NCBI GenBank assembly: GCA_023920165.1
Contig: CP089277.1
Coordinates: 1,984,001-2,048,000 of the forward strand
Source: Curvularia clavata
Taxonomy: Eukaryota
DNA length: 64,000 nt
Reading direction: 5' to 3'
This document shows, in pieces, positions 46,067 through 58,292 of the stretch. The notes beneath the pieces are model-generated. The model ran no database searches. It was not told the DNA's origin and saw only the letters and a list, made by a program, of their open reading frames with translations. How positions within the stretch are numbered: position 1 is the first letter of the stretch; each line of letters starts with the position of its first letter. A program made the position numbers and the translations under genes.

Positions 46067-48760
46067 TCATACACCCATCGGTGGTACGGCATTGAGCACA
46101 CGAGCCATCTCGTTAGGCGCCATCTGAGCACTCTGCAGACTACGCACTTGGCTGCCCTTGCGGAGACGCTGTAGGCCGAGAGCCAATTTCCAGCTTTCGC
46201 TCTCGTCAATGAGGAAGACGTATTTTTTGCCGTCGGCGTCGCGCACTGATGCACGAAGAATGTGTAGGTTCTTTGTGGGTTGTTTGCCCGTCTGAAACGC
46301 CAAACGTTAGTAGCTGTCTCAAACTGTGGTAGTCAACAGCTTGGTAAGTGGACTTACCTCGATCATCTTCAGCGTCCAGGCTTTCACATCCCACTCGCGT
46401 TGCGGGATGCCTCGCACATCATCATCAATGAAAAGACCTTCAGATTGAATTTTCAGAATTAAACCATCAGTTACCTTGCCCACATTGGCCATAAGCTGAG
46501 CAACCGGCTTTGGGAACAAGTCGTTGAAGAGGTAAACAGCTTTGATGACAATCTTGTTTGGGTCGGCTGTCGAGTATGGCCCAGTTCGGGAGGCTGGTGG
46601 TGTTGTGCGTGCGGTTGACTGGGAGGGTGCGTACGAAGACTCGGAGTACTGGGAAGAAACGTGCGAGCGAGTGGCAGTCGACCGAGGTGGGACATAGGAA
46701 TGTCCATCCTCGCTGCTGAGATAGGACTTTGCAGTGGGTTTCTCATACGACTTCTTAGGTGTAACGGTAGCCTTGATAGGAGACGATTGACCAGAGGCTA
46801 CCGATGCAGGAGGAGGGCTTCTCACGCCTGCATAAGGATCGAGTCGTTCGCCACCACCAACGCCACCATAAGTTGTCGATCTCCGAGTGTTTGTAATCTC
46901 TGGGGCAGCAGCAGCCGCCGCGGCCGCCGCGGCTTCTTCTGCTTTGAGCTTCTCTGCCTCTGCTTTGAGCTTTTCTGCTTTGATCTGCTCTGCCTTGAGC
47001 TTCTCGGCTTTGAGTTGTTCTGCCTTGAGCTTCTCTGCTTCGGCCTTGAGACGAGCCTCACGGTCTCTTTGAGCTCGTTCACGGGCGGCCTTGAGTCGCT
47101 CAGCTCGCTCAGCATCTGCTTTTGCTTTGGCAGCAGCAAGCTCTGCTTCAGCTTTTGCCTTGGCAGCGGCGGCTTCAGCGGCAGCCTTTTCGGCCTCGGC
47201 CTTCTTCGCAGCCTCTTCCTCAGCCTTGGCTCTCTGTTCGGCTTCAAGCTTTTCGCGGATTTCCTTTTCAATCCGAGCTCGTGCCTCGGCTTCGCGTGCC
47301 TCACGCTCTGCCTTTTCCTTCTCCAGTGCCTCTTGTTGCTTGCGGGCTTTTTCCTTGGCCAGGCGCTCCCGAGCCTCGCGTTCGCGCTGCTCTCGTTCTC
47401 GTTTGCGCATCTGCTCCCACTTCTCCTTCTCGGCCTTGGCACGTGCGAGCTTCGCTGCTTCTGCTTTGGCCTTCTCCTCTGCTTCCTTCTTCTGCCGTGC
47501 TTCTTCAGCTCGTTTGAGCTCCTCCCATGCTCGTCGACGATCCTCTTCCTCTTTCTTCTTCTTGGCCTCTTCAGCAGCTATGCGGGCTTCTTCAGCCCTG
47601 CGGCGCTCTTCCTCAGCCTTGCGCTCCTCTTCTGCTATACGCTGTCGTTCGGCTTCTTCTTGTCGCTTCCTCTCTTCTTCGGCAAGCCTTTGTTGTTCGG
47701 CCTCGCGCTTCTTCCGCTCCTCCTCTGCCTTTCGCTTTTCCTCGGCCTCGCGCTTCAGTCTGGCTTCTTCCTTGAGCCTGGCCTCTTCGGCCTGTCTCTT
47801 GGCTTCTTCTGCTTGCCGCTTGACTTCTTCGGCTTGACGTCTGGCCTCCTCAGCTTGCCGCTTGGCTTCCTCGGCTTGCCGTTTGAACTCTTCAGCACGC
47901 TTGCGTTCCTCTTCTTGAGCCTTGGCTATCTTTGCCTTCTCAGCTCGCTCGCGCTCGACTTCCTCTTCCTGCTTCCGCTTTGCTTCCTCTGCTCGTTTAC
48001 GCTCCTCTTCTTGTTTCTTCCTGGCCTCCTCTGCTCGCTTGAGCTCCTCCTCTTGCTTGGCCTTCTTTTCCTTTTCTTCGGCACGCTTCCGCTCCTCTTC
48101 GGCGCGTTTTTGCTCCTCTTGAGCTCGCTCAGCATCTTCGTCAAAAAAAGAATCGTCGTCTTGCGGTGGTGGTGGCGACGAGGCACCATATTGGCGGTAT
48201 CCGCCCCATCCGCCCTGAGGTGGGGCGCCGCCTGGGAAGCCACCGTTGGGAGGAGGGGGTGGAGGTGCACGTTGGTAGCTGGAGCTGCTTCCGGAACCAG
48301 CACCGCCAGCAGCACCAGCACCAGCGCCGGGCCCACCGCGTGATCCGTCGCCATATCCGTTACCACCTCCGCCGTTGACTCGCCTGCCTGCCTGTGTTTG
48401 ACCAAATGCCCATCCTGCAATCAGCATGAGGACAGCTAGCAGAATGACGCCATTGCCGCCAGTCGAGACACCTTGTCTGACAATGAGGAAGTATTGCTTG
48501 ACGTGGGGCTCGGCAGCTTTCCAAAGGACTATGCTAGCTATAGTGCTGAGCACACCGGCTATGAAGCTGTTCTGCTGGACGCCCAGGCTGGGCAGGTATA
48601 TGAAGCCACCGCCTGAGGAGTGTGGTGGGATGATGAAGATGTCGTAGTTGCCTGGCGGGAGGCCACCGGTTCGAGGGGGTTCTGGGGGGGCATGGCTGCC
48701 TCCTGTGGTCTTTGGGTTGGCCCCGTGCGGCGGTGGGGGAGGTGGAGGGCCTTCGTCCAT
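46067..48760 (-). CDS. membrane-anchored protein with long E/K/R-rich helical rod and C-terminal globular (PH-like?) domain
   Basis: Pro-rich N-terminus, NYDIFIIPPHSSGGGFIYLPSL, two hydrophobic segments, ~400 aa EEERKR/KAE repeats. C-terminal domain is split by an intron near 46357-46292. Confidence 0.8.
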
Positions 48761-50552
48761 AGTGGTGGATGCCCTGGAGGGCGGGCGGGTACGGGGTTAG
48801 GCTAATGATTTGCTGCGAGTGCGTTGTCGTGCAGCAGGTACAATGCGTGGCGAAGGAATCGGATGGACGAGGACAGCGAAGCAGAGCAAAAAACCATAAG
48901 CGGAGCTGAATCGGAGCGAAAGGAGAGAGTTTGGGGCGGTGTGAGTGGGTGGGGTAACAATGTTTATTGGATGATTCTTTTTGGCAGCCTCGGGCTCGTC
49001 GCAAACACAGACTCGAGGCCTCTGTCCCGCAAGGTGCAGCGAGCGATTGAGGGTGGATTCAGGACGGAGAAGTTGCAAAGTGTCCTCGTCGAGGCTAGCA
49101 CAATAATTTGCTGGAGAGGCGCCTTCTCGGTTGTTTCTGGGTTTGTTTACGCCAAGCGCCAGGGTTGGCTAGCGGGTACGGCCCGCAGGCGCTGCATGGC
49201 GACGACGCTGCACCGCGCCCTCGCTCAGGCTGAGATTCCATGGCACTGCAAACCCCGATTGCCTCGTCCTGCCCGGCGGGGTTCTGGTTTCCTATTCTTC
49301 TTTTTTTTTCCTTTGCTTGTCTACACGCCGGCCCCGCGATGTTTTATGCAGTCGCTGGGGGCACGAGGCCGAGCGCAGGCGGCCTTCTGTTGCCGGCTCG
49401 ACGGGGGCAGGCAAACAACACGTCACGCGTGGCAGAAGCACAGTTGGCAGGCCAGCAGGGCCGAGCGGTGAGAATCCGTGGCCGAGGACGGACGGCGGAC
49501 GAGAGGGGAGTGGGTAACATGGACGCATGGCACGCGTCAGTGTGCGATTCGACCAGAGCAGCCGCACCGTGTCACTGCGGGGTCGAGTGGTTGGTGTGGT
49601 GTGGATAAGGCGTCTGCGTGCCCATAGTTGGTTGTACTATGTGTGGTATCCACGCGTGGACATGGCAGCAGCAGCAGCAACGCGCTGGTCAGCTGCCCCG
49701 CTGATTTTCGCACATTGCAGCCGATGCAATGGCCACGGGTCCGAGGCTGCCCCGAGACGTGTTCGGTCGTGGTGGAGAGGGCGCTGAGGAGGGAAGAGTT
49801 GGCCATGGGCCGTGGCCTCAACCTCAGGGCATTCTTCAGCCCTGTGTGCGGTGGATCTAGACAGGACCCACCACGTCCACCACGTCATTGCTTCACCATG
49901 GCGCCAGGCCAGGTCTGCATTCGTCCGACGCCGGGACTCTTCGGGATGCGAGACGGCTGCCGTGCACTACCACGACGACCAGATGACGATCCGCATGCAG
50001 GTACAGGGTGTGCAACGCCGTGCAGTCGTGGCCAAATCAGGTGCGCGCGGCAGAGGGTCGGCTCCAGGCTGATTGGCGCCTGAGCAGCCAGAGAGCAGAG
50101 AAAAGCCAGCAGGGCTAATAAAAGGACAGGGTGCAGGGCAGCACAGCGAGGCACGCGGCTAGCCTGCGACAGACTTTTTCACCCGACACACAAAGGATGC
50201 GGAAAATGGCGGTGAAAAGCGGGCACTAGCGCCGGCCGACTCGATCACCCGCAGCTTGTCAACAAGTACTAAAGCTACATGTGCCGCACATCGCGCCCAC
50301 CTGTCCGCGTCCGACAAGACTGTAGAGGGTGACTGTTGGGTACGGCCATCGCACACAGCAGGAACCCTCATCGACGACAACGACGACGATTGCCCTTTGG
50401 ACACGCAGAGTACGAGCAGGCCCGCCGCCAAGTTTGACAATTTCGACCCGCCCAACAAGCCCAACAACACCAGGCACCCTGATAAGCCCGCCCTGCCCGA
50501 CAAGCACCACACACCACGCCACGCCCCAATTGCCAATTGCCCATTGCCCGCC

Positions 50553-51761
50553 ATGTGGAGAACCGGCCTGCTCTACCTCGACCGCGGGGACAGCTCCATC
50601 CTCAATGCCCTGCGCAATGCGGGGTACGACACGCAGAACCAGCCAACCTCGCCCTCGCGCACCCCCCGCCGCTTCTCCATTGCCAGCGACACGGAGAGCG
50701 CTCTCGAGAGCAAGCTCAAGCACGACATGAAAGCCCACCCCGGCGTGCAGCACTGGGTCATGCCCTCGGACGTCAATGGCCTCAAGTTTGCCAGCCCCCG
50801 CGCCAGTCCCCGCGCCAGAGCCATTGACCCCGCAGACGCCCTGGGCCTAGCTACCGATGCCACCCTCTTTGAGGAACCCGTCCTTTATTCGCTGGATCGA
50901 ATAAAAGAGGACGCAAACAACCCCGGCTACTTTCCCTATGAAGAACTGCAAAAGTCGCCTTCGCTCAAGTCGGACAGCGAAGAGCCCGTCCAAGTGCACA
51001 AGCGACGCCCCTCGCACTTGCGTACCCCTTCGACGCCCACCATTGAGTCGCGCCTTGCCAGCGCGCAAAAAGCATCACGCTCGCTACCCCTCCGCGCAAA
51101 GACAAACGAGGGCCTTCTCCAGCTGCAGGCAAATACCTCCAAGCCCCAACGCTCCGCAAACACACATCAGCGCAGAATCTCGCTCGGCCTGCCCATCAAG
51201 GCTGCCAACGCCCCCAGCGAAAACCAACGCCTCTCGAGCCCAACAAACACCCGCTCCCTCCACCCAGCCACGCCCAAACGCCTAACCAAGAAGACGGGCA
51301 CAGCGACCGCCATCCAACAGGAGCGAGATCTCGAGTACAAGCACCGCCACACCTTTATCGGCACCGCCTCGCTCGACGACTTCCTCGAAGTCCTCGACGT
51401 CTCCCCGGATCACATCACCAACAAGGACGCAATCATCCGAGCCTTTATCCTCTTGGCGTCGAGCGAGCGGCTGCTAGCTCGCCAGGCATCACTCAAGCCC
51501 GATGGGTGGAGCGTCCTCTCGCGCACCTCTGCCGAAACCGTCAACAGCGACTACGTCGAACAAGCACATGCAAAGCTCGGCTCCATTGTCCTGCGCCAAT
51601 TCCTGGACCTCATCACCTTCAACGAAGACGAAGAAGCAAACGCCATGAGCGTCGTCGAAGCCTTTACTGCCGCAAGCCATTTGGACACACAAGCGAGCAA
51701 GGCCTCAGGGAGTAAGGCCAAAGCCTTTCGTAAATGGATGGTAAAAGCGCAATCCCAGTAG
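50553..51761 (+). CDS. hypothetical Ser/Pro/Arg-rich protein
   Basis: Open frame of ~400 aa from ATG 50553 (cgccATG context) with C-ending codon bias. The C-terminal part (HRHTFIGTASLDDFLE..) looks globular. Confidence 0.7.
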   Translation: MWRTGLLYLDRGDSSILNALRNAGYDTQNQPTSPSRTPRRFSIASDTESALESKLKHDMKAHPGVQHWVMPSDVNGLKFASPRASPRARAIDPADALGLATDATLFEEPVLYSLDRIKEDANNPGYFPYEELQKSPSLKSDSEEPVQVHKRRPSHLRTPSTPTIESRLASAQKASRSLPLRAKTNEGLLQLQANTSKPQRSANTHQRRISLGLPIKAANAPSENQRLSSPTNTRSLHPATPKRLTKKTGTATAIQQERDLEYKHRHTFIGTASLDDFLEVLDVSPDHITNKDAIIRAFILLASSERLLARQASLKPDGWSVLSRTSAETVNSDYVEQAHAKLGSIVLRQFLDLITFNEDEEANAMSVVEAFTAASHLDTQASKASGSKAKAFRKWMVKAQSQ

Positions 51762-53666
51762 GGACGCTGCTTTTGTTTTTATTTGTTTTCATTTTTGAGT
51801 ACACCTCTCTGCCCTTCTCATGATAATGCGACACGATGATGCCGAATGTCTTATGTTATTACTACATAGCCCATCCCCTTCCCTTCTACCATCCAAAGTT
51901 TTTCATGTTTCTTCTTTCTGCACAACACCCATCCCGCTCAGCCCATTAGTTTAGTTACCCCTTCTCCCAACCCCTCCTCCTCTCCGACACTAGGATAGTC
52001 CCCGCCCTTCCCACCTTGTTGTCAAGGCGCGGCTGCCGAAAAAAGAATAGATGACTTCGAAGCCCATCACCATCCCTTCTCCACCACGTCTCCACTCGTC
52101 TCGTCTTTTCAGATATCAGATACCCGAATACTGTCCTACTACCACAGAATCCAAATGTATATTTAGCCATCTCTTTGCTGCTATCAACCTTGATCTTGCA
52201 TCTGACCGAGTTGTAGTCTCAGCACTCTCGCGCGCTCGACGTAGCCTTTTGCTTTCTGTCCACGACGAAGAATACGAAGCCGTAATTGTGTGTCCCGACG
52301 ACGACGCTATCGACTACGCGACACTACCCCCACATTTTCACCCTGACCACCCCGACTTATCCCCGACCTTACCATGAGCTTATGCCTCCAGGCCTGCTCT
52401 TCATTAGCCATTGTGACCCTGCTGCCGATGTTCAAAGAAATATGGTATCAAGTCTCATGACCCGACGCTGCTCTGGCCATGTTTTGTGTGACGAGCAAGC
52501 ATAGCAGCAACGTGCCGTGGGTGGGAGATGCGGAAATGTTTTCCGACATTTTAAGACTAGCACCCAAGATTGTGTTGGGCCCTACCAAATTCACAAGCGA
52601 CGATAATACCCCAGCAACGCTTGTCTCCAGAAAAGGACTAGCGCCGGGCCTTGTCTGTACGCATCCCTTGGGAAAAAGTTGTCGATTGTTAGCAAAATAC
52701 CTCAGGCTCAAAATACAAGTTGTTAGATGTTCAATGTCAGGTCGAATTTGTTCCCTTTTTCCTCGTTTTCGGTACCGCTTCTCAAGAGAGACACAATAGG
52801 TCATTCAGACACATTGGCTCAGTCATGTGCTCTGTCGTTGACGTCATGGCTCAAAGTCATTGACTTTTGCAAAGCAAGCATCACCATGTTTTACATTTGC
52901 AACTAGAATTGCCAAGACTGTGGTGGTTTTCGTGAGCTCTGTTCTAGAACCAACATTTTTGAGACTACCCCGCCCTCTAAAACTCTCTTCTCCCTAGTTA
53001 TACGTGGATATGGAGTGCCGTACGGTTGGAACGCAATGTCTACATAGATAATGTTCCAGGACAAGCATATGCTGTTGGAACTCGATTCCAGCACGGCACC
53101 TTTTGTAACGAATGATAGAAGAAGGGGTGGGTGTGAAAGGAAAGGCGGTGGGCGTTTATTCGGTGGTTCCAGTGCATGTTGCACACGCCCCTTGCAGGCT
53201 GATTTTCGTCCGGCCCCATGCAGGCATTGTACCGTGCAATCGGCAAGATAGTTTGGTACGCTTTGGATAACTCTGTCATGTGATGTGCTGCACGTGCGGC
53301 TACACTCGGCAGAGTTGTCAATGCAGGGTTGATCACGTGTATGCAAGACTGGTGGTAGACTAGTCGATTAGGTGGATTGAGATATGTTATCCATTTGTGC
53401 GCTCTTCCAATCGATTCGTTTTAACACCCTGACTTCTTTCAACCTACCTTTGTTTATCTTGTGGGTGAAGGAAGGCAGAGAAATTACGGCATTACCCAAT
53501 GCACAATGCGTTTTCAAATCACTTCAAGCGAACTAGGACTGCATAAGAAACAAATAATATTTATAGCGAAGTGAAATCGGTAAGCAGTGCCGCAGCATCT
53601 GCTCATCCTACATATTTACAGAGAAATCCCCCTCCCTGCAACATCATCAATATCCAAGCATCCCAT

Positions 53667-54711
53667 CTAGCAAGTCGAAGCACCGTTGGGCGTACCGCTC
53701 TTGTACGCGCCGGCGCTGTCACCCAGACACTCAGCTATAACAAAATACATTAGCTCCTGAACATCTTGTAAAGACAGGGGAACAACTTACCAACAGTAAC
53801 AAGCTTCAGGCCATTGTTCTTAGCCCAGTTAATCAACCAGGGCGTGAGCGTGTTAACAGTAGAAGCATAAGCTATTTCGCATTAGTCAACTTGTTCAAAA
53901 GCGCCAAAGTGAGGAGAAAAAAAGGGGGGGGTGTTAAAGAACTCACTCTCATGCATCAGCGTAATATGTCCATTACCTCCCGCGCCCGCCTGCTGAAACT
54001 TCTGCTGACTCTGCGCGGGGGTTTTGCCGTTCCAATCCTCGCTATCAATATCGTCTGTGATAACGCGGTAGCCCAAGTTCTTCATCGTGGGCAGCACGTT
54101 ACCGCCAGTGGCAAGGTACGGGGGACGCATGTAGGTTGGCTTTACGCCGATGATGTTGACAAGGGCTTGCTCGAGGCGCGTCATTTGGCTCGTGAGGTCG
54201 TTGGAGGATAGAGAGCCGAAATTCTGCGGGTGAGTCCATGTGTGAGAGGCAATCTGGTGGCCGGACTTGTAGGCGTTTTGCAGCGCCGACTTTTGGTTGT
54301 AGATGCAGCCTGGATGTGGTTTAGGAACAAGAAATTGGGAGAACGAGTATGAACGGCTAGGTTAACGCGTACCGTATAGAGTGCCAGTCACGAAGAAAGT
54401 TCCCTTGGCTCCGCCGGCGTTCAGAGTGTCGACGAGTTTTTGAGTGAGCTGCGATGGCCCGTCGTCGTATGCGAGGGCGATTTGGCCCGGGGCCCTGCAC
54501 TTGGTGATGACCTTTGGAGCAAAACGTTAGCTTCAAGAATGGGCAATATTGGTCCCCAAGCTTGCTTCTCATGTTACATAGAATACTTCAGCAATGCACA
54601 TACCTGTCCTGCGGCAGGTCCACTTTGCCTAATCACATTCAGAGGATCTGGAATAGGTGTTGCAACAGCAACCGTAGCCAAAGCCGCAACGAAGAGTGAC
54701 TTGAGACCCAT
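53667..54711 (-). CDS. secreted polysaccharide/chitin deacetylase (CE4, NodB domain), 5 exons
   Basis: Signal peptide, IALAYDDGP (motif 1), TFFVTG, HQIASHTWTHP (motif 2), MRPPY (motif 3), DSEDW (motif 4), LMHE (motif 5), and VTVAECLGD tail. Confidence 0.93.
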
Positions 54712-55940
54712 TTTGTTTGTTTTTAGTGCTGATTATCGAGTTGTGTTTCGAGAACGATGCTGAGCTGGTACTTTGGCCTCACCAAGCTCCCACCATGTTT
54801 AAGTACAGCGCGCCAAGATACACACAGAGGACTGAGAGCCCCGTTCAGCAGAAGCTTGGAACTTCTTGGCTCGTTTATGGTAAACAGCATGGCTTGACCG
54901 GGCTATCGGAAGCGGCTGTAAAAACCCCTGATCGGTATAGGGTGCTTGTTTTGTGAAACATCCGCTGCTAAAAATTGGTCAGAGTTGAGCCGCTTCGAAA
55001 CACTCTTATCTTGTTGCAGCACCGGATTCATGCAGCTAAGGCATGCCCAGTTGAAAGCATTCAGCAAGAAGGTGGTATCTTTCTCAACCTCCAAGCGACA
55101 GCATCCAGTCAGGGACATGTGCCTTTGGTCCGAACTAGATGCAGATGCAAAACTTCCGTACCTGGGCTTCATGGATTGCCGCCGGCTAATCACGCCCCCG
55201 CTGGAGAAGCTTGGTATTGCGCCATGTGGGACCGTGTAATTGAACATAAAAGTGGCGGCGTATTAAGGTCGTGGCGATCAAACCTCACGATAGTTCTGGA
55301 ATGCCGTTGTGACACTGATTGGGGTTAGGCCGTAAGCATGCGACATGGCCACACATGGCTCAGATCTTGCTTCTTGCAGCTACTTTTGCCGACTGCTATA
55401 ATAAACCAAGTTTGATCATGCACTACAACTTAATTGGACTTGGCATATACAGGATTTTGTACCAGGTGATACTCCATACTGATGTTTGCAACCGTAGTCG
55501 CACCATCTTCGACTGCCAAGCATATACTTTATCCGTGTTTCTCGCGCTCGTTGGATTGGGAAGAACGGATACGTTATCTACAAGCTGTGTGAACAGCATC
55601 TTACCCGAGAGATTCAAGTGTGGATTAAGGTACTGATATGTCGCTGTTCAATTTGTAATATCAGGTCACGTTTGCAAGTCAACGAATATGGTAGCAATCG
55701 GCTCAGCAATCTGAGCTAGGACAATATATCGATTTGGAAGCCCTCAAAACGTAAAGGTACTAGGTATCTAGCGATTGGGGAGCATGAAAAACAGAGCCAA
55801 TATGATACAAGAATGCGTTTCCACCGGAACGAACCCATTCTGCTACCAAGCAACTATCGCCCACGTCTGTTACCAAATTGAGGCTCCCAAGTCGTCTCCG
55901 ACGTTAGAGTCTCAAGTAACCGTGATCAGTGAAGACCACA

Positions 55941-58292
55941 TTACATGCTCAGCATTCTCTTCACCATGCCCTGAGCAAGCTGTGCAACTTTTGCGTCGAC
56001 TCCTCCACTGCAACGCCGTTCATTGCCTCCAATAGCACTAGCTTCACACCCATCAGGATAGAAGAAACTAGCCAATGCAATAATGATGTACGCCGCAATG
56101 AGTAAACTACCTTCGAGGTAATTGCTTCGTCCATCCAGAACTAAGAAGTTCACAACCAGAACGGTCACGAACAGTGCCACAGTCTCGAAGATGTTGAAGT
56201 AGAGCGTCATCTCCTTGCCCATCATCCAGCCAAGGACGACAATCACAGGTGTTATGAAAATGGCGATTTGGATAGACGAACCGACGGCAATACCAATAGA
56301 GAGATCCATTTTGTTCTTCATAGCGACAGTAACCGCCGTTACGTGTTCAGCTGCGTTGCCGACAATAGGGAGAATGATGAGACCGATGAAAGATTGACTG
56401 ATGCCAGAAGTTTCTACCATTGGCTCGATAGCGTCGCTCATAAAGTCGGCACATACAGCCACAAGACCCGTGCTGATCAGAAGCATGAAAATGGCCGCTT
56501 TGATTGACATGTCGGGCTCCTCGTCAGCCTCGTCATCAGTGTTCAGACTCATGGCGGCCTGAGGCGAGACAGCAGGACGTTTACCTGCGTTGGCGTCGGC
56601 GGCTGGGCGGCCAATCTTGTCTGGAAGAGACTTGGAACGGCGGAGGGGTGTACGTAGGGCGGTGCTATCGCGGGGTGCTGCCATGCGGATGTTCGGGGCA
56701 GGACCGCCCAGTGGAGCTGTATTTTGAGGGTTTGAGAAGACGTTGTTGGAAAGCAAGGAGGGAAGAACCGGCCGGTTGTATCTGCGTGAGGCAGCGGGGG
56801 CGGCTGTGCCTTGCTGAACGTCTTGGGCAAAGGTGACCTTTGGTGCGGGCTCGGGCGGCGCAACCTCCTTCTCAGGAATTGTGCTGACCTTGTTGCGGTC
56901 ACGGCGGTCCTTTTTATGCTTTTTATGACGACGCTTTTCCTTCTTAGCGGTTGAATGCGAGGTATGCGAAGCAGCTTCAAAATCACGAACGACTGGGGCG
57001 TATTGGTCGTTGTCAGCTTCATCACCACTCATGACGTCAAATGAGTGGCGGCGAGATGGCATGGGTGCGCTGGTGTTGGTAGTGATGACACTGTTATTTC
57101 TTTCTCTCTCGGCCTCGAAAGGACTCTGAGAAAGCTCACCCTCTGGCGAGCTGAGAGCCGAAAGAGCGCTTCCATCTTTGGAGCTTGCACTAGACTTGCG
57201 ACGAAGCCTCTTTACCATCCGTTTGGCCTTCTTCTTCATGGTGCCGTCGGACTTGGAAGAACCATCACTGTCACTACTGCTGGAGCTGGATGAAGAGTCG
57301 GAACTGGACGAGTCAAACGCACCGGCAAGAACACCAGGATGAGACTCCTCATCGATGATGTGCTGCGGGGTACTGGCATAAAGATATCGGTGGCTCTTGA
57401 GCTGGAAAAGCAAATAGAGACCATAGACGAGCAGCAGGATGACACTGGTGCCACGACTGACGGACAAAGTCTCGTGGTCGGCGATGGCGTAGTCTTGAAA
57501 AGCAGCATGGAATGCCGTTGGGAGCAACAGACTCATGACTGCCAATGCAAGCATGACTCCACTCATCTGAGTGACGGTGTTGTTGTAGACTTGCTCCTGG
57601 TACTTGAGGCCACCTAGCAAGAAGGCCATACCAAGGATGAGGAGAAGGTTGGCAAGAATGGATCCTAGCAATGAAGCCTGCACGACCTCAATCTGGTTTG
57701 AGGCAAGCAGGATGATGAAGAGGATCAGCTCGACGGCGTTACCAAACGACACGTTGAGCAGTGCACCGAGGGCATCTCCGACGCGGGCAGCGACAGCTTC
57801 GGTCGCGTGCGCAAGCAGACCAGCTAGTGGAATGATGGCAATGGCGTTCATGGAGAAGACGACCTCAGGATTCAAGTTGACCAGCTTGACTGCGATGCCA
57901 ACAGGCACGAAGACTAGCAGGACATTGATCCAGCTGTGGGTGATGGCATTCTTAGTGTGGTTGATGAATCGGAGGGTGCCGTTCTTGACGCGCGTGGGCG
58001 AGTAGAACGGGAGCTTGTCGACTGCTATGGCGGAAGCCGCAGTTCCATTGCCCGCGGTATTTGCGCTGCCACTGCTGGAGTCTGTGGTACTGGCATCGTG
58101 GACAGGGGGCTTCTCACTGCTGTTGGTGGTGTTGTCGGAGTGAGTGCCGTCTAGGCCAGCATGGGTCGTTGGGTGGGGGTTGGTGTGGGTCGGGAGAAGG
58201 TCGGCCGGAGTGGCAGTCTTGCGTCCCAAGCCAAGTGCAGACGCTGCCTTAGACTTGAAGCTGCGTATAGAAGGTTCGTCGGGTTCTCCCAT
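55941..58292 (-). CDS. Ca2+/H+ exchanger (CAX/Vcx1 family) with long central loop
   Basis: alpha-1 repeat FGNAVEL and alpha-2 repeat VGNAAEH, GSSIQIA, LDGRSNYLEG. Intronless. First in-frame ATG at 58292. Confidence 0.93.
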   Translation of the reverse strand: MGEPDEPSIRSFKSKAASALGLGRKTATPADLLPTHTNPHPTTHAGLDGTHSDNTTNSSEKPPVHDASTTDSSSGSANTAGNGTAASAIAVDKLPFYSPTRVKNGTLRFINHTKNAITHSWINVLLVFVPVGIAVKLVNLNPEVVFSMNAIAIIPLAGLLAHATEAVAARVGDALGALLNVSFGNAVELILFIILLASNQIEVVQASLLGSILANLLLILGMAFLLGGLKYQEQVYNNTVTQMSGVMLALAVMSLLLPTAFHAAFQDYAIADHETLSVSRGTSVILLLVYGLYLLFQLKSHRYLYASTPQHIIDEESHPGVLAGAFDSSSSDSSSSSSSSDSDGSSKSDGTMKKKAKRMVKRLRRKSSASSKDGSALSALSSPEGELSQSPFEAERERNNSVITTNTSAPMPSRRHSFDVMSGDEADNDQYAPVVRDFEAASHTSHSTAKKEKRRHKKHKKDRRDRNKVSTIPEKEVAPPEPAPKVTFAQDVQQGTAAPAASRRYNRPVLPSLLSNNVFSNPQNTAPLGGPAPNIRMAAPRDSTALRTPLRRSKSLPDKIGRPAADANAGKRPAVSPQAAMSLNTDDEADEEPDMSIKAAIFMLLISTGLVAVCADFMSDAIEPMVETSGISQSFIGLIILPIVGNAAEHVTAVTVAMKNKMDLSIGIAVGSSIQIAIFITPVIVVLGWMMGKEMTLYFNIFETVALFVTVLVVNFLVLDGRSNYLEGSLLIAAYIIIALASFFYPDGCEASAIGGNERRCSGGVDAKVAQLAQGMVKRMLSM

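Noticed and set aside
46661..48343. 560-aa and other long + strand ORFs rich in Leu/Phe/Ser
   Set aside because: Antisense shadows of the repetitive E/K/R/A-coding gene on the minus strand.
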